Of a stretch of DNA of 64,000 nucleotides, positions 1-10,154 are shown piece after piece. Numbering within the stretch: position 1 is the first letter of the stretch; each line of letters starts with the position of its first letter. Under the pieces are notes generated by a model. That model made no database searches. It saw only the letters and a program-made list of their open reading frames with translations, and was not told where the DNA came from. Source of the DNA: Bacillota bacterium (GTDB taxonomy: Bacteria > Bacillota > Sulfobacillia > Sulfobacillales > JAIMBI01); assembly GCA_021795575.1 (NCBI GenBank), contig JAJYPH010000001.1, positions 5,128 through 69,127 on the forward strand, read 5' to 3'. Both the position numbers and the translations under genes were made by a program.

Positions 1-1546
1 TGTGGGTCAGCGCGAGCGCGCTGGCTTCTGGCGGCACCGTGCTCACCACGATGCCCACCGCCCCCGGCGGCACCCGGGACGGCGGGCCCGAATTGGCGTT
101 CTGCACCACAAACGCGTCGCGACCCGCCGTGAGGTCCTCCAGGCCGAACTGAATGCCCCACGCCGCATGAAACGTGCTCTCAATGTGGTTGCCAAAGTAA
201 TAATCCCAGGGCACCCACGTGAAGGGCCCCACGTACGACACCAGCGGGCCGCCGTGAATACCCTCCTGATGCAGGGCCGCGAGCGTGGTGAGCATCAGCG
301 AGGCGTCGAGACGACCGCTTTGCTGGTACGCCTGAACATCCTGGGCGCGGAGGCTCGCTCCCAGAAGCAGCATGACCGCCACCAGCGCGCCCGCCGCGGC
401 GCGCCCGGCCGTGGGGTGGACCTGTGCGGCCAGCAACACGACCGCCTCAGCTAAAAACGCCACGCCCACCACCGTGGTGGTGGCCGCCCGCGCCGACACG
501 AACCCGTAGGTGGTGAGATACCAAGGCACCACCGACAGCCCCCACCACGCCGCGCCCAAGGCGGCAAAGGCGAGCGCGGTGGGGGCTCGGGGTGCACGGT
601 CCTCGGGCCGCGGTCGCGCGACCGCCGCCATGAGGACCAGCAAGGTGCCTCCGGCGACGGCGAGCCACCACCCCCCGGCCACCGCCAGGCCCGGGCGACC
701 GGTGAGGCCCAGCCACGCCTGGCCAAACGCCTGCCACACCGTGTGCAGCCACAGCGTGGCCAGCTGGGGATTCACCACCGCCACCTCATGGCGGAACTGG
801 GCGAACGTGCGCACGCCGTGTTTGCCGTTGGCATGCAGCGCCGCACTCTGCAGGAGGTACCAGGCACCGGTGATGCCCAAAGCCGCGACGCCAGGGAGCA
901 CACTGCGCAGCCAGGGCGCCCGGTAGCGCCACGCCAGGGCGGCCAGCACCGCGAGTGACGGCAGCCACACCTGTTCGTAGGACATATCGGCCAGCAGCAG
1001 CGCGACGCCGGACGCGAGCCACCAGCCGGACGCCGACCGCAGGGCGGCTGTGCGAAGCGCCAGGTAGGCGGCCCACGCCCCCAGGACGAGGAACCAGAGA
1101 CTCAGCACAATGCCTGACGACGCGGCGATCCAGTACTGCCCCTCGACAACCGCCGGAAACAGCAGGACGATGGCGGAGCCCAGCCAAAAGCCATGACCGG
1201 TCACCCGCTCCACGAGGCGCCGGCCCATGAGCACCGCCACCAGCATCAGCGCCATGATGATGGCCCAGGGAATCGTGGCGTCGGGCCAGAAGCGGGCCCA
1301 CAGCTCGACGTCCGCCGCGAACGACAGGGGACGGTAGCCGTAGAAGGCGTGCGCCAGGAGAAACTGCCAGGGACTGCCGTGCGGCCAGGTGGCGGCCCGG
1401 CCCAGCAGCACCCAGTCATCCCGATACGGTCGGTAGTAAAACCCCGCCGAGAGGCTGGTGGCCACCCACACCGCCGCCAGACCCACCTCGGCCCAATTGA
1501 GCCGGACGCGCCAGCCTGATCGCCGGGACCGTCGGTGCCTTCGCAT
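1..1546 (-). CDS. polytopic integral membrane protein, 3' end cut by window edge (possible GT-C-type glycosyltransferase)
   Basis: Absent from the ORF track because no stop lies inside the window. My reverse-strand translation from ATG (complement of 1544-1546) stays open to nt 1: [41 protein letters not shown]... It has more than 10 hydrophobic W/L/A-rich segments. The functional label rests on general resemblance only. Confidence 0.6.
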   Translation of the reverse strand, partial: MRRHRRSRRSGWRVRLNWAEVGLAAVWVATSLSAGFYYRPYRDDWVLLGRAATWPHGSPWQFLLAHAFYGYRPLSFAADVELWARFWPDATIPWAIIMALMLVAVLMGRRLVERVTGHGFWLGSAIVLLFPAVVEGQYWIAASSGIVLSLWFLVLGAWAAYLALRTAALRSASGWWLASGVALLLADMSYEQVWLPSLAVLAALAWRYRAPWLRSVLPGVAALGITGAWYLLQSAALHANGKHGVRTFAQFRHEVAVVNPQLATLWLHTVWQAFGQAWLGLTGRPGLAVAGGWWLAVAGGTLLVLMAAVARPRPEDRAPRAPTALAFAALGAAWWGLSVVPWYLTTYGFVSARAATTTVVGVAFLAEAVVLLAAQVHPTAGRAAAGALVAVMLLLGASLRAQDVQAYQQSGRLDASLMLTTLAALHQEGIHGGPLVSYVGPFTWVPWDYYFGNHIESTFHAAWGIQFGLEDLTAGRDAFVVQNANSGPPSRVPPGAVGIVVSTVPPEASALALTH

Positions 1547-1809
1547 GCCACCCCTCCATACCGTGTCCACATCCATGCAAGTTTGGGCCGTGCCCTTCGC
1601 AACCAGCGACGGGCCTCGCCCACGCGACCCACCGCCTGGACGAATTCTGTCGGATGGTGGGCTCCGGATCAACCAAAAGGGCGCACGCGCTATGCTGGGC
1701 GCCCGGTTCAGCACGACACGCCGGCCCCACCGCCCGACCATCGGCGCCGCCGCCCTTTTTGGTAAACTCGGGCGTGGCCGGTCGCCGGCCGGGCACCAGG
1801 AGGGATGGC

Positions 1810-2664
1810 ATGCTGAGACTGCTGACAGTGGCCGGGTCGGACTCGGGTGGGGGCGCTGGCATCCAGGCCGACCTCAAAACCTTTACGGCCCTGGGCACCT
1901 TTGGCATGAGCGCCGTCACCGCCGTCACCGCGCAGAACACCCAGGGGGTGTCGGGCGTGTGGGAACTGCCTCCCGAGGCGGTGAGTCAACAAATTCGCGT
2001 GGTGGCCCAGGACTTGGGCATCGACGCCGTGAAGGTGGGCATGCTGGCCAGCGCCCCTCTGGTGGCCGCGGTGGCCGAGGCGCTCGACAGGTACCTGCCC
2101 GGCTGTCCGCTGGTCGTGGACCCCGTGATGCAGGCCAAGGGCGGTCACGCGTTGTTGGCCACGGATGCGGTGGCTGAGCTGCGGCGGAACCTCTTGCCAC
2201 TAGCCACCGTCGTCACCCCCAACTTGCCGGAAGCCGCCGCGCTGGTGGGATTCGCCGTGGAGACGACCGCGGACCAGGTGCGCGCCGGGCAGCAGATCTT
2301 GGCGGGCGGTCCCCGGTGGGTCTTGGTGAAGGGCGGCCACGGCGCGGGAGCCGAAATTGTGGACTACCTGGCCGGACCCGATCCCCAGGACTACCGCCAC
2401 GCCCGCATCGCCACGCCCCATACCCACGGCACCGGGTGTACGCTCTCCAGTGCCATCGCCGTGGGATTGGCCCGGGGCTTGACCGTCCCCCAGGCCGTGG
2501 ACTTGGCCGAGCGCTATGTGGCCGGGGCGATTCGCCACGCGCCCGGTCTGGGTCGCGGACACGGTCCGCTAAACCACCTGTGGGCGTTGGGTCCCGTCCA
2601 AGACCCGGAAGACCACGAGGCTCGGGCACTCCGAAAGGATCTCACGCCATGGCACCAGCACTGA
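1810..2664 (+). CDS. thiD: hydroxymethylpyrimidine/phosphomethylpyrimidine kinase
   Basis: Track ORF 1654..2664. The family-typical N-terminus [25 protein letters not shown] begins at ATG 1810, preceded by GGAGGG at 1798-1803. It overlaps thiE by 16 nt. Confidence 0.9.
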   Translation: MLRLLTVAGSDSGGGAGIQADLKTFTALGTFGMSAVTAVTAQNTQGVSGVWELPPEAVSQQIRVVAQDLGIDAVKVGMLASAPLVAAVAEALDRYLPGCPLVVDPVMQAKGGHALLATDAVAELRRNLLPLATVVTPNLPEAAALVGFAVETTADQVRAGQQILAGGPRWVLVKGGHGAGAEIVDYLAGPDPQDYRHARIATPHTHGTGCTLSSAIAVGLARGLTVPQAVDLAERYVAGAIRHAPGLGRGHGPLNHLWALGPVQDPEDHEARALRKDLTPWHQH

Positions 2665-3320
2665 GCGTCCGCGGCCTTCATGTCCTGATTGATCCGGGAC
2701 GGGTCCCGACAAGCCGCCTCGACCGCTTTTTGGGCGACATTGCCGAAGCCGGGGCCCGGGTCGTGCAGGTGCGGGTCAAGGGCGACACCGATGCGGACGG
2801 CCTAGCTTACACGGAGCGCGCGGTCGTGCGGGTCCGCGCGCTCGGATTGGTGAGCATTGTCAACGACCGCGTGGATTGGGCGCTGACGGCGGGCGCCGAC
2901 GGTGTGCACCTTGGCCAAGACGACACCCCGCTGGCCGAGGCCCGTCGTGGCGCTCCGGACTTGATCCTGGGTGCATCGGCCGGCACGCGCGCGGAACTGG
3001 ACGCCGTCTTGCGGGGTGGCGCGGACTACGTGGGCATCGGCCCCGTGTATGCCACGCCGTCCAAAGCGGACGCCGGGCCTCGTCTCACCCCGGCGGGTCT
3101 CCGCACCCTGGTGGCATGGCTCGAGGACCAGCCCAATCCCCCACCCGCCATTGCCATTGGAGGGATCCTCCCGACCAACGCGGCCGCGGTGTGGCGCACG
3201 GGGGTCGCTGGCTTGGCGGTTATCCAGGCGGTGAGCGGCGCCCCCGACCCCAAAGCCGCGGTCCGCGCCTTGTTGGAGTCGCGGTCTGACGTGGGAGCGG
3301 GCTCCGACGGCCGCTATTGA
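2649..3320 (+). CDS. thiE: thiamine-phosphate synthase
   Basis: Track ORF 2316..3320. The conserved part starts at ATG 2649 ([19 protein letters not shown]..) and includes YVGIGPVYATPSK and AIGGI motifs. The upstream 111 codons are Arg/Pro filler overlapping thiD. Confidence 0.9.
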   Translation: MAPALSVRGLHVLIDPGRVPTSRLDRFLGDIAEAGARVVQVRVKGDTDADGLAYTERAVVRVRALGLVSIVNDRVDWALTAGADGVHLGQDDTPLAEARRGAPDLILGASAGTRAELDAVLRGGADYVGIGPVYATPSKADAGPRLTPAGLRTLVAWLEDQPNPPPAIAIGGILPTNAAAVWRTGVAGLAVIQAVSGAPDPKAAVRALLESRSDVGAGSDGRY

Positions 3321-3343
3321 TCTAGAACGGGGAGGCTTGGCCC

Positions 3344-4072
3344 TTGACACTGTCACATGGTACGCCCGGCTGGTGGACGGAGCAATTGATTCAACACGCC
3401 GCTCGGCCTTGGGCGGCGGCGCATCAGCATCCCTTCGTGCAGGCGCTGGGGAACCACACCTTGCCGCGCGACCGTTTTACGTACTTTATTGGGCAGGACG
3501 CCGTGTATCTCCTGGACTTTTCCCGGGTGCTGGCCATGGGGGCGGCGCAGAGCGCAGTGCGGAGCGATGAGCGACTGTTCCTGCGCCATGCGGACACGGT
3601 ACACGCGGTGGAGGCGGCGCTGCATCAAGATTTGGGGCCGCGGCTGGGCCTCTCCGCGGCGACCCTCGCCGCCATGGTGCCGGGGCCGGTGACCGTAGCG
3701 TACCAGGACCACCTGGTCCGCATCGCCTGGACTGAACCGCTGGCCGTCCTCGTGGCGGCGCTCTTGCCCTGCTACGTGCTGTATCAGGACGTCGCTCGCA
3801 GCATGGTACCGAATGTCCCCGTACCCGGTGTCCCCGAATACCGGGAATGGATCGACACGTATGCGGGCGACGAGTACGGCCAAGCCGTCGCCGAGATGAC
3901 CTCGCTCGCCAATCGGCTGGGGACCACACTGGATCCGGCGGTCGCGGCGCGCGCCGCGCGGGCGCACTGGCGCAGCGTACGCTATGAGTGGCTGTTTTGG
4001 GAGCAGGCGTGGACCAAGGGCGCCGACTTCGCGGCGTCTCGCCTGGGTCCCGAGCCGAGCCTGTCCAGGTGA
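3344..4072 (+). CDS. tenA: TenA-family aminopyrimidine aminohydrolase (thiaminase II)
   Basis: 242 aa with HPFVQALGNHTLPRDRFTYFIGQDAVYL, typical of TenA. TTG start at 3344 with GGGGAGG 8 nt upstream. Sits directly after thiD-thiE. Confidence 0.85.
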   Translation: MTLSHGTPGWWTEQLIQHAARPWAAAHQHPFVQALGNHTLPRDRFTYFIGQDAVYLLDFSRVLAMGAAQSAVRSDERLFLRHADTVHAVEAALHQDLGPRLGLSAATLAAMVPGPVTVAYQDHLVRIAWTEPLAVLVAALLPCYVLYQDVARSMVPNVPVPGVPEYREWIDTYAGDEYGQAVAEMTSLANRLGTTLDPAVAARAARAHWRSVRYEWLFWEQAWTKGADFAASRLGPEPSLSR

Positions 4073-4340
4073 CGAGCGGGGTTCCCAGGCGAGCTCGTGC
4101 GGCGGTTGCCCCGGTATCCTCGCATCCCTGTGGCTCTTATTCATCGGATGGCAGCGGACGTGCGCTACCGGGGACAAAGCTTAGGCGCGCACCGGCTGGT
4201 CGACGCTCTGTCCCGCTCCGGCGCGAGTAGCGAACACAGCATCGCCTGGCCACTGTCGTTGTCGCCGCGAAAACGGAGCACGTCGCGTCGTTCTACGAAC
4301 GCTTCGGGTTCATCCGGTTTGCGGACGCCACGCCCACACG
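4073..4340 (+). pseudogene. remnant of a GNAT acetyltransferase of the TacT/KacT toxin type, N-terminally deleted and frameshifted
   Basis: The frame of 4097 reads LPRYPRIPVALIHRMAADVRYRGQSLGAHRLVDALSR (acetyl-CoA motif A). After about 4240 the homologous continuation RLATVVVAAKTEHVASFYERFGFIRFAD lies in another frame, which has a TAG at 4228-4230. The remnant starts immediately after the tenA stop, and no antitoxin ORF is present. Confidence 0.6.
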
Positions 4341-4371
4341 CGGCCACCCTGCGCGCTATGGGGGCTCGCCC

Positions 4372-4794
4372 TCAGCCGTACGCCACGAGGCCGACAATCG
4401 TCAGCACGGCGGTCGTCAGCGCGAAGAACACATGCCCGAGAATCACTTTCGGCGTGCGGCGGCGGGTGGGGCGGGTGTGGCGCAGCACTAAGCCCAAGGC
4501 GCTGCCGGCGGCCAGCGACCACAGCGCCAGGTCCAACAGGAGGGCTGAATCAGGGCGCGACAGCCGAGGATGACGCCCCACATAGTACCGGGCGCCCATC
4601 ACCACCAGCCACAACAGCAGCACGGGGGTGGCGTGCAGGTACCGGCCCAAGCGCTCGCGCCCCCCGTGCAGCAGCTGGGTGGCGGCGTACACGCCCGCCA
4701 CCAAGGTGAGCGGCACCAAAAACCAGCTGGCGTGCGCCAGCGCGGCCATTTCGGCGCGAAACAGCGCGGCGGGGTTGGTGTAGAGGCCGGGCAT
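4372..4794 (-). CDS. small integral membrane protein, unknown function
   Basis: 140 aa with four hydrophobic segments. Its start ATG overlaps the galU stop (ATGA at 4792-4796), implying translational coupling. Confidence 0.65.
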   Translation of the reverse strand: MPGLYTNPAALFRAEMAALAHASWFLVPLTLVAGVYAATQLLHGGRERLGRYLHATPVLLLWLVVMGARYYVGRHPRLSRPDSALLLDLALWSLAAGSALGLVLRHTRPTRRRTPKVILGHVFFALTTAVLTIVGLVAYG

Positions 4795-5693
4795 CAGAAG
4801 GTGCCCTGCTGGGCCAGCTCCGCCAGGTAGCGCTTTAGGTCCGGGGCGAAGTCCGGACGATACAGCCCATACGAGATGACGGCCTTTAAATAACCCAGCC
4901 GGTCGCCCACGTCGAACCGCTCCCCCTCATAGGCCACGGCCGTGAGTCGACCGGTCTTGGCCATGGCTCTAAGGCCGTCGGTCAGCTGAATCTCGCCGCC
5001 GGCGCCGGGACTCACGTGCTCCAGGATGTCAAACACATCAGGGTCCAGCAGATAACGGCCCATGACCGCCCAGGCCACGTCGTCGGACACGTGCGACACG
5101 GCCGGCTTCTCCACAATGTCGGCCACCGTGAAGGCCGAACCCGTCTTCTCCCCCGCGGGCGTCACGATGCCATAGCGAAACGCCTCGGCGCGCGGGACCG
5201 GCATCACCGCCACGACCGACTGGCCCGGCACCCAGTGGTCCTCGAGCTGGGCCAGAATGGGCCGCGGTCCCAGCATGACGTCGTCGGGCAGCATCACGGC
5301 AAAAGGGTCCGTCCCCACATGGTGACGGGCCATGAGCACCGCGTGTCCCAATCCCTTGGGGTCGGGCTGGCGGGTGTAGTGCAGCGTCGCCCCCGCGCCG
5401 GTCGATCGCACGGCCTCGAGTGCGTCCGTCTTGCCCCGGGCCGCCAGCAAGGCCTCCAACTCGGGCTGGCGGTCGAAGTGGTCGGCTAAAAGCTCCTTGC
5501 CGCGCCTCACAATCACCAGCACATCATTTATGCCGCTCTGTACCGCATCGTCCACGGCAAGCTGAATCACCGGCACGTCGATGAGCGGCAGCAGCTCTTT
5601 CGGCAGCGCCTTGGTGGCGGGCAAAAGCCGCGTGCCCATCCCAGCCGCCGGAATCACGGCTTTCCGAATGCGCTGCCCATCAGGTCTTGTCAT
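4794..5693 (-). CDS. galU: UTP--glucose-1-phosphate uridylyltransferase
   Basis: Conserved start MTRPDGQRIRKAVIPAAGMGTRLLPATKALPKELLP at ATG 5693. The track ORF extends to 5879 through Arg-rich filler. ATGA overlap with the upstream gene. Confidence 0.9.
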   Translation of the reverse strand: MTRPDGQRIRKAVIPAAGMGTRLLPATKALPKELLPLIDVPVIQLAVDDAVQSGINDVLVIVRRGKELLADHFDRQPELEALLAARGKTDALEAVRSTGAGATLHYTRQPDPKGLGHAVLMARHHVGTDPFAVMLPDDVMLGPRPILAQLEDHWVPGQSVVAVMPVPRAEAFRYGIVTPAGEKTGSAFTVADIVEKPAVSHVSDDVAWAVMGRYLLDPDVFDILEHVSPGAGGEIQLTDGLRAMAKTGRLTAVAYEGERFDVGDRLGYLKAVISYGLYRPDFAPDLKRYLAELAQQGTF

Positions 5694-6718
5694 ATTAGTC
5701 GCGTCCCTTCTTCGGTCTCCTGGAGCTGATGCACCAACGCACGCACCGCCTGGGACTCCTCGGGCGGCAAAATCAGGACGGCGTCGGGGGTGCGCACCAC
5801 CACCAGGTGCGACAGCCCAATGCCCGCGATCCAGGGCCCCTCGTCGCCAATCACGGTGACGTCGTGCACGCGGTCCCACACCACCCGCGCGGGGTCACGG
5901 CCCATCAACAGCCGCGCCACCGCCTCAAAGCTTCCCACATCGTCCCAGCCCACGTCCAAGGGCAGCATGTCCACCGCCGTGGCCCGCTCCATGATGCCCA
6001 CGTCAAACGACACGGGACTGAGCGCGGCAAACCGCCAGGCAAATTCTTCGGATGTGCCGCTGACCGCCGCCAGCGTGTCAGGCAGCCACCGACTGAACGC
6101 GGCCCACACCTCCGACAGCGGCAGAATGAACATGCCGGCATTCCAGTAGAAGCGCCCCGACGCGACCATGGCCTCCGCCCGCTCGCGGCTCGGCTTTTCC
6201 ACAAAGGCGGCCACCGCCACACCGTCCGCCCGAGCAGCGCGCGCGGTGGCCGTCTCGGCCTCGATATACCCAAATCCCGTTTCGGGCCGCGTCGGCCGCA
6301 CGCCCAGCAGCGTCATGCGCTGCCGACGCTGGGCGGACGCCATGGCCGCCGACAGCACCTCCTGAAATCCGGCCGAATCTCCCACCGCGTGGTCAGACGG
6401 CAGCACGACCAAGAGCGCCTCGGGGTCGCGCGAGCGAATGGCCGCCGCCGCCCACGCGATGGAGGCCGCCGTGTTGCGGCCGACGGGCTCGGCCAGCACC
6501 CAGCTGCCCGGCAGCTGTTCCTCCACCAGCGCCGCATACGCCTCGCCCGTCACCACCACCGTGTGCGCCCGATCAATGAGCGGTGCCACGCGGTCGGCGG
6601 TCTCCTGCAGCAGCGATCGCGGCCCTAAGAGCCGCAGGAACTGCTTGGGTCGCGCCGCACGCGAGAGGGGCCAGAACCGCTCCCCCCGTCCGCCCGCCAA
6701 AATAACCAGCCAGTTCAT
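5690..6718 (-). CDS. mannose-1-phosphate guanylyltransferase-type NTP transferase (no PMI/cupin domain)
   Basis: MNWLVILAGGRGERFWPLSRAARPKQFL at ATG 6718, plus FVEKP and YWNAGMF motifs. 343 aa. The track ORF 5690..6937 has a non-homologous 73-codon extension. Confidence 0.85.
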   Translation of the reverse strand: MNWLVILAGGRGERFWPLSRAARPKQFLRLLGPRSLLQETADRVAPLIDRAHTVVVTGEAYAALVEEQLPGSWVLAEPVGRNTAASIAWAAAAIRSRDPEALLVVLPSDHAVGDSAGFQEVLSAAMASAQRRQRMTLLGVRPTRPETGFGYIEAETATARAARADGVAVAAFVEKPSRERAEAMVASGRFYWNAGMFILPLSEVWAAFSRWLPDTLAAVSGTSEEFAWRFAALSPVSFDVGIMERATAVDMLPLDVGWDDVGSFEAVARLLMGRDPARVVWDRVHDVTVIGDEGPWIAGIGLSHLVVVRTPDAVLILPPEESQAVRALVHQLQETEEGTRLI

Positions 6719-6764
6719 GCGGTCGGCGTGTTTGGCTGCTGCACGCCCACCCCCCCTTTGGTAT

Positions 6765-7565
6765 TCATGATTGGCCCGCTCCCTGGGGCGGCGGCATGGG
6801 CCCCTTTCGCCAATAGCCATCAAAGAGCCGCCCACCATGGGGTGCCAGGGCGTTGTCGGCGAGTCCAACGAGCGGCACGACGTCGCCCTCTCGGGCCTGA
6901 GCCGCCGCGGCCATGAGACGGCGGGCGCCCTCAGCATCCCAATCCAAAAGCCGGCGATAGAGCCACTTCCCGGCGCCGGTCCATCGTTGCGCGGCCCGGA
7001 GCTGGAACTCGGCCACCAAGCGGACCAGGGCGTCCACCGCGCACGCGCGCTCCCCGTCCGGTCCCCCCACGGCCGCCAAGCCCTCCAGGTCCTCCACCCG
7101 GTCCGTCAGGAAGTACCGAAAGTCGTCCACCTGTTCGGCCGTGAGGGCGGCGGGCCCGGCCGCGATGAGCGCGCGGGCCTCCGCACAGAGCGCCGGAAGC
7201 TCCCCACGCTGGTCGAACAGCACCATCCCCTCTGCGCAGATGGTGGGGAGTATGGGCGTGCCACTCGCGCAGTCGGCGTCGGCATAGGCCCGATAGGATG
7301 CGACCGTGTGCACGAACGCCTCCACAGGAAGCCCCTCAAACACCAGCGAACTGCGATACGGCGCACCGGGATCGTCGGTGAAGACCAGCACATCCGCATC
7401 CGACGTGGGCGTCCCCGCCCCGCGCATGAGGCTCCCCCCGACGACCACAGCCCAAGCACCAGGAAACACGGACGGGGCAAGGCGCCCCATCTTGGATGCC
7501 ACCTCGGCCGCACTGGGAATCGGTGGCGGTGCCGGGTCCCACTGATTCCCCTGGATGTTGTTCAT
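6765..7565 (-). CDS. Pol-beta-superfamily nucleotidyltransferase domain protein (aminoglycoside-NTase-like fold)
   Basis: 266 aa with the GSLMRGAGTPTSDADVLVF signature (GS..RG..SDxD) and a helical C-terminal domain. Substrate unknown. Confidence 0.7.
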   Translation of the reverse strand: MNNIQGNQWDPAPPPIPSAAEVASKMGRLAPSVFPGAWAVVVGGSLMRGAGTPTSDADVLVFTDDPGAPYRSSLVFEGLPVEAFVHTVASYRAYADADCASGTPILPTICAEGMVLFDQRGELPALCAEARALIAAGPAALTAEQVDDFRYFLTDRVEDLEGLAAVGGPDGERACAVDALVRLVAEFQLRAAQRWTGAGKWLYRRLLDWDAEGARRLMAAAAQAREGDVVPLVGLADNALAPHGGRLFDGYWRKGPMPPPQGAGQS

Positions 7566-7628
7566 CGCGTTAATTATAAGGCAATCCCGCGTGCCAAGAC
7601 TTGGGATCAGGAACGACGCCGTGGCACC

Positions 7629-8606
7629 CTACTCCACCGGGGCACACCCACTGCGTCCCGGCCAGGCCGCGGGGTTCACCAAGTCCCGCGGGCGCTGTCC
7701 CCTCAGTGCCATCAACAGGTTGTCGACGGCGCACAGAGCCATGGCGGCCCGCGTTTCCACGGTGGCCGACCCGATGTGCGGCGTTGCCAGCACCCGCGGA
7801 TGGGCCGCCAGCGGATGCCGGCCGTCCACGGGTTCCTGGTCAAACACGTCCAGGGCGGCCCCCGCGAGCCGCCCGGTGTTGAGCGCGGCCAGCAGAGCAT
7901 CCTCGTCCACCAATCCCCCACGGGCGGTGTTCACCAAAAATGCGCCTGGCTGCATCCGAGCCAAAAAACTTGCATCCACCATACGGCGCGTGTCTGTCGT
8001 CAGCGGCACGTGCAACGATACGACATCGGCCGTGGCCAGAAATGCCTCGCACTCCAGCCGGGGATACGGGCCCTGGCCCCGGGACCCCCACGCCACGACG
8101 GACATACCGAACCCCGCCGCCTTGGCCGCCACCGCCTGCCCGATGCGGCCCATGCCCACCACCCCCAGCGTCTTCCCGCCGAGCCCGCGGCCCAGGAATC
8201 CCGTGGGCGACCAATAGCGCCACTGCCCGTCCAGCAGCGCCCGGCGTGCGGGCACCACGCCCCGCACCAAGGCCAACAGGACCGCCCAAGTGAGTTCCGC
8301 GGTGGCCTCCGTCAGCACGTCGGGGGTGTTCGTGACCGCGATGCCGAGCCGGGACGCAGCCACCAAGTCGATGTTGTCGTAGCCCACCGCCAGGTTGGCC
8401 ACCACCCGGAGTCGGGGGCTTTGGTCCAGGACGGCAGACGAGATCGGGTCCCCCAGCAGGCAGAGGAGCCCGTCCTGACTGGCCAGCTCCCTCGCGAGGT
8501 CCTCCGCGGGGATGGGGTACGGGCCCGGCCACATCGTCAGGTTGGCCCGTTCCCCAAGCCGCAGGTGTGCCCGCCAGTCTACGGGGTGCGTCAGCAGCAC
8601 GCGCAT
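7629..8606 (-). CDS. D-isomer-specific 2-hydroxyacid dehydrogenase (glyoxylate/hydroxypyruvate reductase-like)
   Basis: GVVGMGRIGQAVA NAD fold, plus NTARGGLVDEDAL and PHIGSAT motifs. I prefer ATG 8606 (MRVLLTHP), but GTG 8645 is possible. No SD precedes either start. Confidence 0.85.
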   Translation of the reverse strand: MRVLLTHPVDWRAHLRLGERANLTMWPGPYPIPAEDLARELASQDGLLCLLGDPISSAVLDQSPRLRVVANLAVGYDNIDLVAASRLGIAVTNTPDVLTEATAELTWAVLLALVRGVVPARRALLDGQWRYWSPTGFLGRGLGGKTLGVVGMGRIGQAVAAKAAGFGMSVVAWGSRGQGPYPRLECEAFLATADVVSLHVPLTTDTRRMVDASFLARMQPGAFLVNTARGGLVDEDALLAALNTGRLAGAALDVFDQEPVDGRHPLAAHPRVLATPHIGSATVETRAAMALCAVDNLLMALRGQRPRDLVNPAAWPGRSGCAPVE

Positions 8607-8689
8607 GCCCGGCGGGCGGCCACGGGTCACGCCAGGCCCCCGCACTCGGACGCGGCCGGACGCTTGCCGGTGCCCCTCGCGGTCTCCCT

Positions 8690-8704
8690 CATGATGCCAT
8701 TATA
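8690..8704 (-). promoter_or_regulatory. perfect TATAAT -10 box followed 6 nt later by an ATG (leaderless-type arrangement)
   Basis: The reverse strand reads TATAAT (8704-8699), ggcatc, ATG (8692-8690). It lies in the glcD/hydroxyacid-dehydrogenase intergenic region. The ATG opens a 21-codon ORF ending at 8627. Confidence 0.4.
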
Positions 8705-8761
8705 CGCACCGGGACGAGTCCCACGAGCCCGGTTGGCCGGGCGGAGTCGGCCGGGACCTCA

Positions 8762-10138
8762 TCACAGTGGGAGAAAAATCTTGCCGGGATTCAACCGCGC
8801 CATCGGGTCAAACGCGTCTTTGACGGCGCGCTGAAATGCCATTTCCGGTGCCGTCAGCTGACGCGCCAAGTCGGCACGCTTTTCCACCCCGATGCCGTGC
8901 TCGCCAGAAACCGTGCCACCCAGCCTCAGGCAGACGTCCAACACCGCGTGGCCCGCTCCCTGGACACGCGCCACCTCGCCCGCGTCGCGCCCGTCGTACA
9001 ACAGCAAGGGATGCAGGTTCCCGTCGCCGGCATGAAAGACGTTGGCAATGCGAATGGTGTGCTGGCGGCCCACCTGCTCAATGGCGCGCAGGGCTTCGGG
9101 GAGGCGGGATCGGGGAATCACCCCGTCCTGGACATAGTAGTTGCGCGAGATGAGGCCCATCGCGCCAAAGGCGGTTTTCCGGTTGGCCCACCAAAGGGTG
9201 CGCTCCGCCTCCGAGGCGGCGCGCTGCAGATGCGCCACCCCATGCCGCGCGGCAATGGCCTGAACCCGGGCCGCATCCTCCTCTACCTGCTCGGTCAGAC
9301 CGTCCACCTCCACCAGCAGCACGGCACCCAGGTCCGGCGGATAGCCCACCCGGTACTGTCCGCGCTCCACCGCGGAGACCGCTAGGTTGTCCATCATTTC
9401 GAGCGCCGCCGGGACGATGCCGCCCGCGATCACCTCCGACACGGTTTCACTGGCCTCGTCCACCGTCCCGAACACCGCCAGCACCGTGGCGGAGGCTTCC
9501 GCCACCGGTTCCAGACGAACCCACGCCCGCGTGATGATCCCCAGGGTCCCCTCGGACCCCACCAGCAAAGACAGCGCGTCCAGCCCCTCGGGGTCGCCGG
9601 CCAGGGTGCCCACTCGGCTCTGACGACCATCGGCCCACACCACGTCGGCCATCAGAATGTGGTTGAGCGTCACGCCGTATCGGAGACAGTGCGGCCCGCC
9701 CGCGTTTTCGGCGATGTTGCCCCCGATGGTGCACGCCTGCTGGGATGAAGGGTCGGGGCGATAGGTCAGGCCGGCGGCGGCCGCGGCCCGGCTCACCCAG
9801 GTGTTCACCACCCCCGGCTCCACCTCGGCCACGCTGGCGAGGGGATCCACCCGAAGGATCCGATTCAGCCGGCTTACGTGCACCACGACGCCACCCGGAA
9901 CCGGCGTCGACCCGCCCGATAGGCTGGTGCCGCCGCCGCGCGCCACCAGCGGCACCCCGTGCCGCGCCAGCACCCGCACCACCCCGGCCACCTCATCGGC
10001 GCTGGCGGGCCACACCACGGCCAGCGGCCGTACCGTCGCCAGCGTGTAGGCATCCTGCGCGTAGGCATCCAACAGGGCCGCGTCGGTCCGCACGGACCCC
10101 GGCCCCACCACTCGGCGCAGATCCTCTACCACTCCCAT
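8762..10138 (-). CDS. glcD: glycolate oxidase FAD-linked subunit
   Basis: 458 aa FAD-binding PCMH oxidase with a C-terminal FAD-oxidase domain (HGEHGIG-type SGEHGIGVEK). Adjacent to the glcF-like and glcE-like genes. Confidence 0.85.
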   Translation of the reverse strand: MGVVEDLRRVVGPGSVRTDAALLDAYAQDAYTLATVRPLAVVWPASADEVAGVVRVLARHGVPLVARGGGTSLSGGSTPVPGGVVVHVSRLNRILRVDPLASVAEVEPGVVNTWVSRAAAAAGLTYRPDPSSQQACTIGGNIAENAGGPHCLRYGVTLNHILMADVVWADGRQSRVGTLAGDPEGLDALSLLVGSEGTLGIITRAWVRLEPVAEASATVLAVFGTVDEASETVSEVIAGGIVPAALEMMDNLAVSAVERGQYRVGYPPDLGAVLLVEVDGLTEQVEEDAARVQAIAARHGVAHLQRAASEAERTLWWANRKTAFGAMGLISRNYYVQDGVIPRSRLPEALRAIEQVGRQHTIRIANVFHAGDGNLHPLLLYDGRDAGEVARVQGAGHAVLDVCLRLGGTVSGEHGIGVEKRADLARQLTAPEMAFQRAVKDAFDPMARLNPGKIFLPL

Positions 10139-10154
10139 GCGATCCCTCCCGCCA

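Noticed and set aside
1547-1809. TPP (THI-box) riboswitch expected upstream of thiD-thiE-tenA
   Set aside because: I found no CUGAGA plus ACCUGAUCUGGAUAAUGCCAGCG-type core in the 260-nt leader. The only ctgaga is inside the thiD coding start. Only a possible extended -10 (TGgTAAACT at about 1760-1768) is present.
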